51,347 bases of DNA from an uncultured Alistipes sp. (GTDB lineage: Bacteria; Bacteroidota; Bacteroidia; Bacteroidales; Rikenellaceae), in the NCBI GenBank assembly GCA_949296635.1, contig CASFQF010000001.1, positions 1 through 51,347 on the forward strand, given 5' to 3'. Both the position numbers and the translations under genes were made by a program. Shown here in pieces: positions 21,641 through 31,230 of this stretch; positions within the stretch are counted from its first letter, which is position 1; the number at the start of each line of letters is the position of its first letter. A model generated the notes under the pieces. It was not told the DNA's origin. It searched no databases and saw nothing but the letters and a program-made list of their open reading frames with translations.

Positions 21641-22258
21641 TTATTTGGCATCGAACGTGGCGCCGATCTTTATTCCCGGGTATTTGTCCACGACGGCCTT
21701 TATTATGAGCAGCGAGGAGTTGTCCTTGAGCTCGGGGGCCATTTGCAGCAACGACGCTATCGAGGTGTCGGCGTCGAAGAGTACGGTGAGCACTCCGTCT
21801 CGGGCCGTAGCCGTGGCGGGAAATGCCGCCGAGGTGCCGTTGCGGGTTACGGTAAACGAGACATACCCCGTAGCGGGGTCGTACATATAAGGTACCGAGG
21901 CTTTGTTTTCGCCGTTGGTCATGGCGGCGGTGCCGTCGCCGAGGAATATGACCGAGTCGCTGCCGGCATTCAGGCCCATCGCCTTCGCTATGTCGGGCAT
22001 CTGTGTGCGGAGGGTGGCGATGGCTACCGTCGCCATCGAGCTGTTGCCCGAGTATACTATCTGCGGTGCGGAGTATACCCATGTCGAGGCCGTGAGTTGT
22101 TCCGCCGTGAGCAGTTCGCCCGCGGCGTGGGCGTCGGCCTTGGCGGCCTTGGCGTTGGCGAAGAGGTTGAGCAGCCCCTGCAGCCCTTGTGCGCAGGCGT
22201 TCTCCGCCGCAGTGGCGGCGGCAAATACGAGCAGGAGCGATATGACTATCCGTTTCAT
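21641..22258 (-). CDS. Secreted DUF4923-like (lipocalin-like) protein
   Basis: Signal peptide; TWVYSAP, LFDAD and KIGATF motifs. Paralogous to the upstream gene. Confidence 0.7.
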   Translation of the reverse strand: MKRIVISLLLVFAAATAAENACAQGLQGLLNLFANAKAAKADAHAAGELLTAEQLTASTWVYSAPQIVYSGNSSMATVAIATLRTQMPDIAKAMGLNAGSDSVIFLGDGTAAMTNGENKASVPYMYDPATGYVSFTVTRNGTSAAFPATATARDGVLTVLFDADTSIASLLQMAPELKDNSSLLIIKAVVDKYPGIKIGATFDAK

Positions 22259-22269
22259 GATTTTTACTG

Positions 22270-22889
22270 TTATTGTTGCGGTGCGAATTCGAACCCTACC
22301 ATCATTCCGTCGAAGTTCTCCAGCAGCGATGCCGCTGCCTGCAGGGAGTCGGTCATGCTGCCCAGAAACCTTATCACGTCGAGCAGTTTGTCGGCCGCGA
22401 AGAGTATCTGCAGGTTGCTGCCGTTCATATATGCCGAGGCGTTTACGCCGCCGAGGCCGGGCATCTTTGCCGTGAGGCTCTCGCCGGAGCCGAAGGTGAA
22501 GGTGACCGTATTGGAGGCGCCGTCCATAGTGTAGCGGCCGTGTAATGTCCTGCCGCCTACGGTCGCGGTGAAGGTGCCGTCGTCGTTGAAAGCGAATGTG
22601 CAGGCCCCGCGCGGATACCTGCCATCTCGTAATATTTCGAAATCTTCTCTTCGGCCGCGGTGACGGCGGCTGCCGCGGCTATCTCCGAGAGGGCGTTGTC
22701 GGAGGTGAGCCGCAGGCCGGGTTTGGCGTAGCTCCATGTGCCGACGATACGTTGTGCTGTGAAGGCCCCGCCGGTAGCTTTGTCGACGGCGGCCGTGGCC
22801 GCGCCCTTCAGCATGTCGAGCAGGTTGTTCTGCGCCGCGGCCGCGACGGGCGGGAGCATGAACAGGAGTAGAATGATAATTCGTTTCAT
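22270..22889 (-). pseudogene. DUF4923-like secreted protein interrupted by a 1-nt deletion (pseudogene or assembly error)
   Basis: The N-terminal frame (MKRIIILL...GTWSYAKP...EMAGIRA) switches to GACTFAFNDDGTF...LFAADKLL...GFEF at the G4 run (C4 at 22605-22608). Adding one G gives a 206-aa ORF. Confidence 0.8.
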
Positions 22890-22974
22890 GGCAATGCTTT
22901 TCTCTCAATTTCTTACACACGGTTAAAGTACCTCCCGCATACGTCTCGCAGTATCTGCACTGCGCGGTGCGGGG

Positions 22975-24900
22975 TTATTGCAGGGTGTCGCACTCGCGCA
23001 GCCACTCTGCGGCCGAGGCGTCGGAGGGCATGCGCCAGTCTCCGCGGGGCGAGAGCGAGACGCTGCCCACCTTGGGGCCGTCGGGCAGGGCCGAGCGCTT
23101 GAACTGCTGGGCGAAGAAGCGGCGGAAGAACACGCGAAGCCACTTGATCACGGTGGCGCGGTCATATCTCCCGTCGAAGGCGTGCATGGCGAGGAAGAGT
23201 ATCTTCGCGGGGCCGAAACCCTGACGTACGAAGTTGTAGAGGAAGAAGTCGTGCAGCTCGTATGGGCCGACTATGTCTTCGGTCTTCTGCGCTATGTCGC
23301 CGCTCTCGTCCGCGGGCAGCAGTTCGGGGCTTACGGGGGTTGCGGCCACATCCTCCAGCGCGCGGCGCATGGCGCCGTTCTGCTCGACAGAGGCGGCCCA
23401 CTCGACCATATGCCGTACCAGCGTCTTGGGCACCGAGCAGTTGACGCCGTACATCGACATGTGGTCGCCGTTGTATGTGGCCCAGCCGAGGGCCAGCTCG
23501 CTCAGGTCGCCCGTGCCGATGACGATGCCGCCGTGCATGTTGGCCACGTCCATCAATATCTGGGTACGTTCGCGAGCCTGTGCGTTCTCGTATGTCACCG
23601 AGCGGTCCTCCTCCGCGAGACCTATGTCGGCGAAGTGGCGGCGGCACGCCTCGGCGATGGATATTTCGCGCAGCGAGGCGCCCGACTCCTCGACCAGCGT
23701 GACGGCATTGCGGTAAGTGCGGCCCGTGGTGCCGAAGCCCGGCATGGTGACACCTATGACACCCTTGCGGTCGAGCCCGAGGAGGTCGAAGGCGCGCAGC
23801 GTCACGAGCAGCGCCAGCGCCGAGTCGAGACCGCCAGATATGCCCACCACGGCACAGCGGCAGCCCGTATGTGCGAGCCGCTTGGCCAGACCGACGCTCT
23901 GTATCGAAAAGATCTCTTCACAGCGGTTGTGGCGGTCGCCGCGCTCGTGCGGCACGAACGGCATGGGGTCGATGCGGCGTTCGAACACGCCGCCCGCGGT
24001 GGCTGGGAGGGCTGCGGCAGCGGTGCGCAGCGGCATTGCGGAGGCATAGTCGGCGTAGGTATTGCGGCGCAGGCGTTCGCTCCGCAGGAACTCGATGTCT
24101 ATGTCGGCCGTGACGAGCTGCTCGCCCGCAGAGAATCGTTCGCCCGCGGCGAGCATGGCGCCGTTTTCGGCGATGAGGCCGTTGCCGGCGAAAACGAGGT
24201 CTGTCGATGACTCGCCGAAGCCCGACGATGCGTATACGTAGGCTGCGACGGTGCGTGCCGACTGCTGGCGCACGAGCGAGACGAGGTATTCGTGCTTGCC
24301 TATGGTCTCGGGCGAGGCCGACATGTTGAATATCACCTCGGCGCCGGCCGTGGCCGTGTGCGACGACGGCGGTACGGGCACCCATAGGTCCTCGCATATC
24401 TCCACGCCGCAGCGTGCGCCGTCGATGTCGAACGTGATGTCGGTGCCGAAGGGTACGTCGCGCCCGCCGAGGGTGATGCTCCCGTCCCTGACTGCGGCGC
24501 CCGAGGCGAACCAGCGACCCTCGTAGAACTCCGCATAGTTGGGTATGTAGCTCTTGGGCACCGCGCCGAGACAGTTGCCGCAGGCGACGACAACGGCGCA
24601 GTTATATATGGCGTTGCCATGGCGCAGGGGCATCCCGACGATGGCGGCGAGGGGTATCTCGCGCGATGCCGCGATGATGGTGTCGAGCGCCTCCTGCGCG
24701 GCGTCGAGCAGTTTGGGCTGCAGGAAAAGGTCGCCGCAGGTGTACGCCGTGACGCACAACTCGGGAAAGACCACGGCGCGTACGCCGCGTTCGGCCGCGA
24801 GCCGCATCATGGCGATGATGTGTTCGGCGTTGGCGCGGCAGTCCGCCACCTTGACGGCGGGCACCGCCGCCGCTGCCTTGATATATCCGTATCTGTCCAT
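22975..24900 (-). CDS. nadE: Glutamine-dependent NAD(+) synthetase
   Basis: Nitrilase domain (FPEL, EICEDLW) plus GISGGLDS, ENAQARER, GTGDLSE and QQFKRSALPDGPKV. Start at MDRYGY. Confidence 0.95.
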   Translation of the reverse strand: MDRYGYIKAAAAVPAVKVADCRANAEHIIAMMRLAAERGVRAVVFPELCVTAYTCGDLFLQPKLLDAAQEALDTIIAASREIPLAAIVGMPLRHGNAIYNCAVVVACGNCLGAVPKSYIPNYAEFYEGRWFASGAAVRDGSITLGGRDVPFGTDITFDIDGARCGVEICEDLWVPVPPSSHTATAGAEVIFNMSASPETIGKHEYLVSLVRQQSARTVAAYVYASSGFGESSTDLVFAGNGLIAENGAMLAAGERFSAGEQLVTADIDIEFLRSERLRRNTYADYASAMPLRTAAAALPATAGGVFERRIDPMPFVPHERGDRHNRCEEIFSIQSVGLAKRLAHTGCRCAVVGISGGLDSALALLVTLRAFDLLGLDRKGVIGVTMPGFGTTGRTYRNAVTLVEESGASLREISIAEACRRHFADIGLAEEDRSVTYENAQARERTQILMDVANMHGGIVIGTGDLSELALGWATYNGDHMSMYGVNCSVPKTLVRHMVEWAASVEQNGAMRRALEDVAATPVSPELLPADESGDIAQKTEDIVGPYELHDFFLYNFVRQGFGPAKILFLAMHAFDGRYDRATVIKWLRVFFRRFFAQQFKRSALPDGPKVGSVSLSPRGDWRMPSDASAAEWLRECDTLQ

Positions 24901-24914
24901 ATCTTTCGTCTTGA

Positions 24915-25427
24915 TCAATCCTTCACGTATGCCTTGGCTATGCGCAGCACGTACGCCTTGTGGAAGTCGCCCGACGGGTACCAGCGGTCTATGATGCTGC
25001 GGTCGACGAAGTTCTCGGCCTTGATCATGTCGGCATATATCTTGCGGCACTCCAGCACCAGCCGCGCTTGCGCTATGGCGGGCACATCGCCGTCGGTGAA
25101 CTCCACCGCAAGTCCCGCATTGCGTATCTTGTCCTCGTCGCGGCCCGAGTGCGAACCGCAGTAGTTCAGCGCCTTGCGGTACTCTTCGGGCAGGAACGAC
25201 AGGGTGAGCGCATCGCCCTGCTCGACGAGGCCGAAGGTGTACCTTTGCGGCCGTATGACGGCCACGGCCACGGGGCTGCCCCACATGACGCCCACACCGC
25301 CCCACGAGGCGGTCATGGTGTTGTGTCTTACGTGGTCGCCCGCCGTGATGAGCATCCAGTCGGTGCCTACGGCCTTTATGAAGTTGTCGTCGATCCGCGC
25401 GGGGTCGACCTCGTGAAATCCTTTCAT
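24915..25427 (-). CDS. Flavin reductase-like FMN-binding protein
   Basis: WMLITAG..NTMTASWGG, IRPQRYT and GSHSGRDEDK motifs. Start at MKGFHEV. Confidence 0.88.
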   Translation of the reverse strand: MKGFHEVDPARIDDNFIKAVGTDWMLITAGDHVRHNTMTASWGGVGVMWGSPVAVAVIRPQRYTFGLVEQGDALTLSFLPEEYRKALNYCGSHSGRDEDKIRNAGLAVEFTDGDVPAIAQARLVLECRKIYADMIKAENFVDRSIIDRWYPSGDFHKAYVLRIAKAYVKD

Positions 25428-25581
25428 CGCAGTCGTTTTTGCGTGATAAATGTTTTTCCGTTCCTCCTTTCTGCGGTGGAACACCTTATGTGCCGTACAG
25501 CGGCCACCCTTGTTCAGCCATGATACGGACTCCTTTGTTCGGTCCGGAGCGGAACTCCTTATGGCTCTGCGGCGTGGCCCC

Positions 25582-26799
25582 CTATTCGGCCCAGAGGCGG
25601 GCAAGGTTGACGATGACCTGCGTAGCGCGGCGCATGGTGTCCAGAGAGCAGTATTCGAACTTGCCGTGGAAGTTCATGCCGCCGGTGAAGAGGTTGGGGC
25701 ACGGAAGGCCCATGAACGAGAGGCGTGCGCCGTCGGTGCCGCCGCGTATGGGCCGTACGATGGGCTGCACGCCCGCCTGCCGCATAGCCTCCATCGCCTT
25801 GTCGATCACCTGCGGGTGCGGCTCGACCATCTTGCGCATGTTGAAGTATTGGTCCTTGAGAGTGAGTTTAAGCACCTCCTTGCCGTAACGCTTCTGCAGC
25901 AGGTCGACACAGCTCCACATCCACACCTTCTTCTGCTCGAAGCGGTCGCTGTCATGGTCGCGGATGATATAGCTTATGCGGGCGTTCTCAACAGTGCCGT
26001 TCAGGGCTACGCAGTGGAAGAATCCCTCATAGCCGTCCGTATGCTCGGGACGCTGCACGGCGGGGATCAGCGCGTTGAGTTCGCACGCAACCTGTATGGC
26101 GTTTATCATCTTGTCCTTGGCGTAGCCCGGGTGTACGTTGCGGCCCTGTATCTCGATCACGGCCGAGGCGGCGTTGAAGTTCTCGTACTCCAGCTCGCCT
26201 TCATATCCGCCGTCCATTGTGTAGGCGAAGTCGGCGCCGAAGGCCTGCACGTCGAAGTAGTCGACGCCGCGGCCGATCTCCTCGTCGGGTGTGAAGCCTA
26301 TGCGTATCTTGCCGTGCCTGACTTCCCGATGCGTCATCAGGTACTCCGCCGCAGTCATGATTTCGGCGCAGCCCGCCTTGTCGTCGGCGCCGAGCAGTGT
26401 CGTGCCGTCGGTGTGGATGATGGTATGGCCCTTGAACGATGCCAGCTCCGGAAAATCCTCCACGCGCATCGTCAGCGCGGCGTTGAGGCGTATGTCTCCG
26501 CCGTCGTAATCCTCGATGACATGCGGCCGTACGTCCTTGCCGCTCATGTCGGGCGAGGTGTCGACGTGCGAGATGAAGCCTATGACGGGGGCGTTCTCCA
26601 GCCCTGCCGTGGCGGGTATGGTCCCCATGGCATAGCCGTGTTCATCTACCGTGACCTCCGTCATGCCGAGCGAGCGCATCTCGTCGGCGAGGTAGTTGAG
26701 CAGCACGAGCTGCTTTTCGGTCGAGGGGAATGTCTCGCTGTTCTCGTCCGACTGCGTGTCGAACGATACGTATTTCAGAAATCTCTCCTTCAGTTCCAT
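25582..26799 (-). CDS. pepT: Peptidase T (tripeptidase)
   Basis: SHVDTSPD, TLLGADDKAG, FTPDEEIGRG, GRNVHPGYAK and IRGGTDGA motifs. Confidence 0.96.
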   Translation of the reverse strand: MELKERFLKYVSFDTQSDENSETFPSTEKQLVLLNYLADEMRSLGMTEVTVDEHGYAMGTIPATAGLENAPVIGFISHVDTSPDMSGKDVRPHVIEDYDGGDIRLNAALTMRVEDFPELASFKGHTIIHTDGTTLLGADDKAGCAEIMTAAEYLMTHREVRHGKIRIGFTPDEEIGRGVDYFDVQAFGADFAYTMDGGYEGELEYENFNAASAVIEIQGRNVHPGYAKDKMINAIQVACELNALIPAVQRPEHTDGYEGFFHCVALNGTVENARISYIIRDHDSDRFEQKKVWMWSCVDLLQKRYGKEVLKLTLKDQYFNMRKMVEPHPQVIDKAMEAMRQAGVQPIVRPIRGGTDGARLSFMGLPCPNLFTGGMNFHGKFEYCSLDTMRRATQVIVNLARLWAE

Positions 26800-26862
26800 A
26801 TTTTTCTGTGTTTTATGCTTTGATGTTAATACCGTTGTCGTGCCGGCCGTTTCGCGGTGTCT

Positions 26863-28806
26863 CTACTCTTCCTTCTTTGCCCGCAGCGTATGCAGCACGA
26901 AGTATACCATCAGCACGATATACATCGCCAGCCCGAGCCATTCGGCACCCTTCGACTCCGCCCATGAGGTCATGTACCAGTCGCAGTCGAAGTATTTGAG
27001 TACGGCGCTCACCACGCCCATCAGCGCGCCGCCGGCGATGAAGCCCGAGGCGATGAGCGTACCGCGGTCGAAGCGCGCCTTGTTGAGCGCCTCGTCCTTC
27101 GAGCGGTTGGCGACGAACCATGCGATGAGGCCGCCTACGACAAGCGGGGCGTTCAGGTACATCGGGATGAACATTCCGAGCGAGAAGGCGAGCGCGGGGA
27201 TGCCTATGGCCGTGAGCACCAGCGCCAGCACAGCCCCCATGAAGTAGAGGATCCACGGCGTCGAGCCTCCCGTCATGAGGGGCTGTATCACGGCGGCCAT
27301 GGCATTTGCCTGCGGCGCCACGAGGGCATCCTCGCCCACGAAGCCGAACGAGTCGTTGAGCACGATCATCACACCGGCGACGGTCGCGGCCGAGACGGCC
27401 GTGCCGAGGAACTTCCATGCCTCCTGCTTGCGTGGCGTGGTGCCGATCCAGTATCCGATCTTGAGGTCGGTGACGAAGCCTCCGGCCATCGAGAGGGCCG
27501 TGCATACCACGCCGCCGATGATCAGTGCGGCGGTCATGCCGGCCGTGCCGCTCAGTCCGATGCTTGCCAGCACGAGCGAGCTGAGGATAAGCGTCATGAG
27601 GGTCATGCCCGAGACGGGGTTGGTGCCCACGATGGCGATGGCGTTGGCCGCCACGGTGGTGAAGAGGAAGGCTATGACGAAGACTATGAGCAGTGCCACG
27701 ACGCTCTGCATGCCGTCCCCGAGCAGCCCGAAACGGAAGAAGACGAAGGTCGCCGCGAGTGCTGCGATGAGTACCGACAGTATAAGGCGCATGGGCAGGT
27801 CGCGCTGCGTGCGTTCGGCGGCGGGGGCTGCCGGGCCCTTCTTCGAGGCGAGCTCGCCTACGGCCAGCCCGACGGCCTGCCGTATGATGCCCGCCTGCCG
27901 CACGATGCCTATGAGACCGGCCATGGCTATGCCGCCGATGCCTATCGGGCGTCCGTATGCCGTGAATATATCCTCGGGCGAGAGGGCGGCCGAGGCGGGG
28001 TCCACAGACCCGATGAGGGGTACTATCAGGAACCATACGAGGCACGAGCCCGCCGTGATGATGACGGCATATTTAAGACCTATGATATATCCGAGGCCGA
28101 GCACCGCGGCGCCCGTATTGAGCGAGAACACCACCTTGAACTTGTCGGCACACATCGAGCCGAATTCGCAGATGCGTGTCGAGACCACCTCGGTCCAAGC
28201 CCCGAAGGTGCTGACGACGAAGTCATAGACGCCGCCCACAAGGCCCGCCACGGCCAGCAGCTTGGCTTGGTCGCCGCCCTTCTCGCCCGAGACGAGCACC
28301 TCGGTTGTGGCCGTAGCCTCGGGGAAGGGGTACTTGCCGTGCATCTCCTTGACGAAATATTTGCGGAAGGGTATCAACAGCACTATGCCCAGCACGCCGC
28401 CCAGAAGCGACGATAGGAATATCTGGTAGAAGTGCGCCTCGAGCCCCAGAATGTACAATGCCGGCAGGGTGAAGATGGCGCCGGCGACGATGACGCCCGA
28501 GCTGGCGCCTATGGATTGTATTATGACGTTCTGCCCCAGCATGTTCTTCTTGCCGAGGGCCGTGCCGGCGCCTACGGCGATGATGGCGATGGGTATTGCC
28601 GCCTCGAACACCTGTCCCACCTTGAGGCCGAGGAATGCCGCCGCGGCCGAGAATATCACGGCCATGACGATGCCCATCGTGACCGAATAGGGCGTAACCT
28701 CGGCCGGCGCAGCCGTGGCCGGCATCAGCGGTTGGTACTCTTCTCCGGCCTTTAGTTCGCGGTATGCGTTTTCGGGCAGGGATACGTCGTGTCTGTTTTC
28801 TTCCAT
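26863..28806 (-). CDS. OPT-family oligopeptide transporter
   Basis: LGLKVGQVFEAAIP, YPFPEATAT, NPVSGMTL, DLKIGYW and APQANAM motifs. TATCTTTG at 28887-28894 (minus). Confidence 0.92.
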   Translation of the reverse strand: MEENRHDVSLPENAYRELKAGEEYQPLMPATAAPAEVTPYSVTMGIVMAVIFSAAAAFLGLKVGQVFEAAIPIAIIAVGAGTALGKKNMLGQNVIIQSIGASSGVIVAGAIFTLPALYILGLEAHFYQIFLSSLLGGVLGIVLLIPFRKYFVKEMHGKYPFPEATATTEVLVSGEKGGDQAKLLAVAGLVGGVYDFVVSTFGAWTEVVSTRICEFGSMCADKFKVVFSLNTGAAVLGLGYIIGLKYAVIITAGSCLVWFLIVPLIGSVDPASAALSPEDIFTAYGRPIGIGGIAMAGLIGIVRQAGIIRQAVGLAVGELASKKGPAAPAAERTQRDLPMRLILSVLIAALAATFVFFRFGLLGDGMQSVVALLIVFVIAFLFTTVAANAIAIVGTNPVSGMTLMTLILSSLVLASIGLSGTAGMTAALIIGGVVCTALSMAGGFVTDLKIGYWIGTTPRKQEAWKFLGTAVSAATVAGVMIVLNDSFGFVGEDALVAPQANAMAAVIQPLMTGGSTPWILYFMGAVLALVLTAIGIPALAFSLGMFIPMYLNAPLVVGGLIAWFVANRSKDEALNKARFDRGTLIASGFIAGGALMGVVSAVLKYFDCDWYMTSWAESKGAEWLGLAMYIVLMVYFVLHTLRAKKEE

Positions 28807-28929
28807 ATGAGTGCAAGTTTAGGATTTTCGCGCTTGCGGCCTGCGGCTGCCTTTACGTGCGGTACTTGGCCCGGCCGCTCATCTTACAAAGATACGGATT
28901 TTTCCGAAACAAGGGGCGATGGCGGGCGT

Positions 28930-28956
28930 AAAAAAGCCCCGGCCGGCAGTCGGGGC
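28930..28956 (-). terminator. Intrinsic terminator after manC
   Basis: Minus strand reads GCCCCGAC-TGCCG-GCCGGGGC followed by T6. Confidence 0.7.
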
Positions 28957-29004
28957 ATAGCGGATCCCGGCAGGCGGCTGCCCGCGGGTGCGGCTGCCGG
29001 AGCG

Positions 29005-30078
29005 TCAGATGTATTTGTCGCCCTTGTCGAACTTCACGTCGTCGATATATTTCTTGATGCTCTGTTCGTCGCTGCGCGGGCATATCATCAGCACGTCGTC
29101 GGTGTCGACCACGATATAGTCCTTCAGCCCCTTGATGACGGAGATCTTGCCGGCGGGCAGCGAGATGATCGAATTGCGCGTGTCGTAGGTGTAGCAGCCG
29201 TCGTGCGACTTGGCGTTGGCGTAGGCATCCTTGCGCGAGAGCTGGTAGACCGAGCCCCACGTCCCCACGTCGCTCCAGCCGAAGTCGCCGCAGCGGACGT
29301 AGACGTTGTCGGCCTTCTCCATGATGCCGTAGTCGATCGAGATTGCGCGGCACTCCGAGAATACCTGCTCTATGGCGGCCTCCTCGCGTTCGGTGCCCAG
29401 ATCCTCCATGATGGCGGAGAAGAGGGCGTGGTGTTCGGGCAGGTGGCGGCAGAAAGCCTCGATTATGCTGCTCACCTTCCAGATGAAGATGCCGGCGTTC
29501 CAGAAGAACTCGCCGCACTGCACGAAGGTCTGCGCCAGCTCGAGGTCGGGCTTCTCGGTGAAGCACTTTACACGGCTGATGACGTCGTTGTTCGACTTCT
29601 GTATGTATCCGTATCCCGTGTCGGGGCGGCTGGGCTTGATGCCTACGGTCATCAGGGCGTCGTGGCGGTCGGCGAACTCGAGGCACTCGCGGATAATGGC
29701 ATGGAAGTCTGTTTCGTTGAGGATCAGGTGGTCGGCCGGCGTGACGATCATCTCGGCGTCGGGGTTGGCCTTGCGCAGCGTATATGCGGCGTAGGCGATG
29801 CAGGGGGCGGTGTTGCGCCCGATGGGTTCGCACAGCACCTGCTGCGGCCCCAGCTCGGGGATATGCTCCAGCACGAGGTCGCGGTACCGGCGGTTGGTGA
29901 CCACGAGGAAGTTCTCGGCCGGAACGATCGCGGCGAAACGCTCGAAGGTCGAGCGGATGAACGATTTTCCCGTGCCGAGGATGTCGAGGAACTGTTTCGG
30001 CTTGGCCTGTCGGCTCATGGGCCAGAAGCGCGTCCCGATGCCTCCGGCCATGATTACGCAGTATGTGTTGCTGCTCAT
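29005..30078 (-). CDS. manC: Mannose-1-phosphate guanylyltransferase
   Basis: VIMAGGIGTRFWPMSR..PKQFL, EPIGRNTAPC, FTEKPD and WSDVGTW motifs. Start at MSSNTYC. Confidence 0.92.
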   Translation of the reverse strand: MSSNTYCVIMAGGIGTRFWPMSRQAKPKQFLDILGTGKSFIRSTFERFAAIVPAENFLVVTNRRYRDLVLEHIPELGPQQVLCEPIGRNTAPCIAYAAYTLRKANPDAEMIVTPADHLILNETDFHAIIRECLEFADRHDALMTVGIKPSRPDTGYGYIQKSNNDVISRVKCFTEKPDLELAQTFVQCGEFFWNAGIFIWKVSSIIEAFCRHLPEHHALFSAIMEDLGTEREEAAIEQVFSECRAISIDYGIMEKADNVYVRCGDFGWSDVGTWGSVYQLSRKDAYANAKSHDGCYTYDTRNSIISLPAGKISVIKGLKDYIVVDTDDVLMICPRSDEQSIKKYIDDVKFDKGDKYI

Positions 30079-30449
30079 GTCTTTAATGGTTGTAAGCTTT
30101 CGTTTTGTCGTTTCAGGTCGTCTTTCGGTGCCGGCGCATGGCGTGCCAACATCTCTACAAAGATGGCAAATAAAAACCGAATATCCAAACTTACGGCGGC
30201 TTCCGTGCGGTGAAAAGGGCCGCCGCGGCGACATATCGGCATGTTCGGACTATCCTCCGGACAGGCCGTCGGGCAGGTGTGCCGCAGGGTGCCGGCATCC
30301 GGGCGGCACACCTGCGCCGGCAATGCGGGAAAGGGCCTGTCGCCCGTTTGCAATATCTTCTCAATCAAACGAATATCGGCGGAATGCGTCAAAATGAAAA
30401 ATAATTCGTACCTTTGCCGATCATTACGGTGCTTAATTGAGATAGAAGG

Positions 30450-31166
30450 ATGAAGGTAAGGTTCTTTACTGTGCCGAATCTGCTGACGCTGGGCAACCTG
30501 CTCTGCGGATCGTATGCGGCGGTTGTGCTCATCGCCGGCCACGACCTCAAAACGGCGATGCTGCTCATCGTGGCGTCGGCCCTGTTCGACTTCTGCGACG
30601 GCTTCGCCGCACGTCTTCTCCACTGCGCCTCGCCCATAGGCGTGCAGCTCGACTCGCTGGCCGACATGGTGTCGTTCGGTCTGGTACCCTCGCTGGCATT
30701 ATACGCGCTGTACGATGCGGCGCCCGCCCTGTTCGCTTGGGAGGGCGGCGTGATGTCGGCGGCGCAATTCCTGACGCTCATCGTGGCGGCCTTCTCGGCC
30801 CTGCGCCTTGCCAAATTCAATATCGACGACACGCAGCATACGGAGTTCTGCGGCCTGCCGACCCCCGCCAACGCCCTGCTCTGCCTCTCGCTCGGGGTCC
30901 TTGCGCAGAACGGCACGCTGGTACTGCACAAGGAGACCATCCTGCTGCTGGCCGTGGTCACGGCGCTGCTGCTCATAAGCCCCATAAGGATGTTCGCCCT
31001 CAAGTTCAAGAGTTTCGGGTGGCGCGGCAACGAACTGCGCTATTCGTTCATCGCCGTGAGTGCGGCGCTGGCCGCCGTGTTCGGTTTCGCGGCCGTGCCG
31101 GCGATAATATCCCTGTATATAGTGGTATCGACGCTGCGTTGGGCAATAAAACGCCGCGAAAATTAG
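30450..31166 (+). CDS. pssA: CDP-diacylglycerol--serine O-phosphatidyltransferase
   Basis: PNLLTLGNL, DFCDGFAAR...G.QLDSLADMVSFG, LRLAKFN and GLPTPA motifs. TACCTTTG at 30409-30416. Confidence 0.9.
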   Translation: MKVRFFTVPNLLTLGNLLCGSYAAVVLIAGHDLKTAMLLIVASALFDFCDGFAARLLHCASPIGVQLDSLADMVSFGLVPSLALYALYDAAPALFAWEGGVMSAAQFLTLIVAAFSALRLAKFNIDDTQHTEFCGLPTPANALLCLSLGVLAQNGTLVLHKETILLLAVVTALLLISPIRMFALKFKSFGWRGNELRYSFIAVSAALAAVFGFAAVPAIISLYIVVSTLRWAIKRREN

Positions 31167-31230
31167 TTTTAGGAGTGGCCTCCGCGGCATCGGGCAGTAC
31201 CGGTGCGCGGGGCGGGAGTGTCAGATAGAG

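Noticed and set aside
30273-30315. Strong GC hairpin between divergent manC and pssA
   Set aside because: Single copy in the window, with no U tract and no link to a gene end, so no function can be supported.
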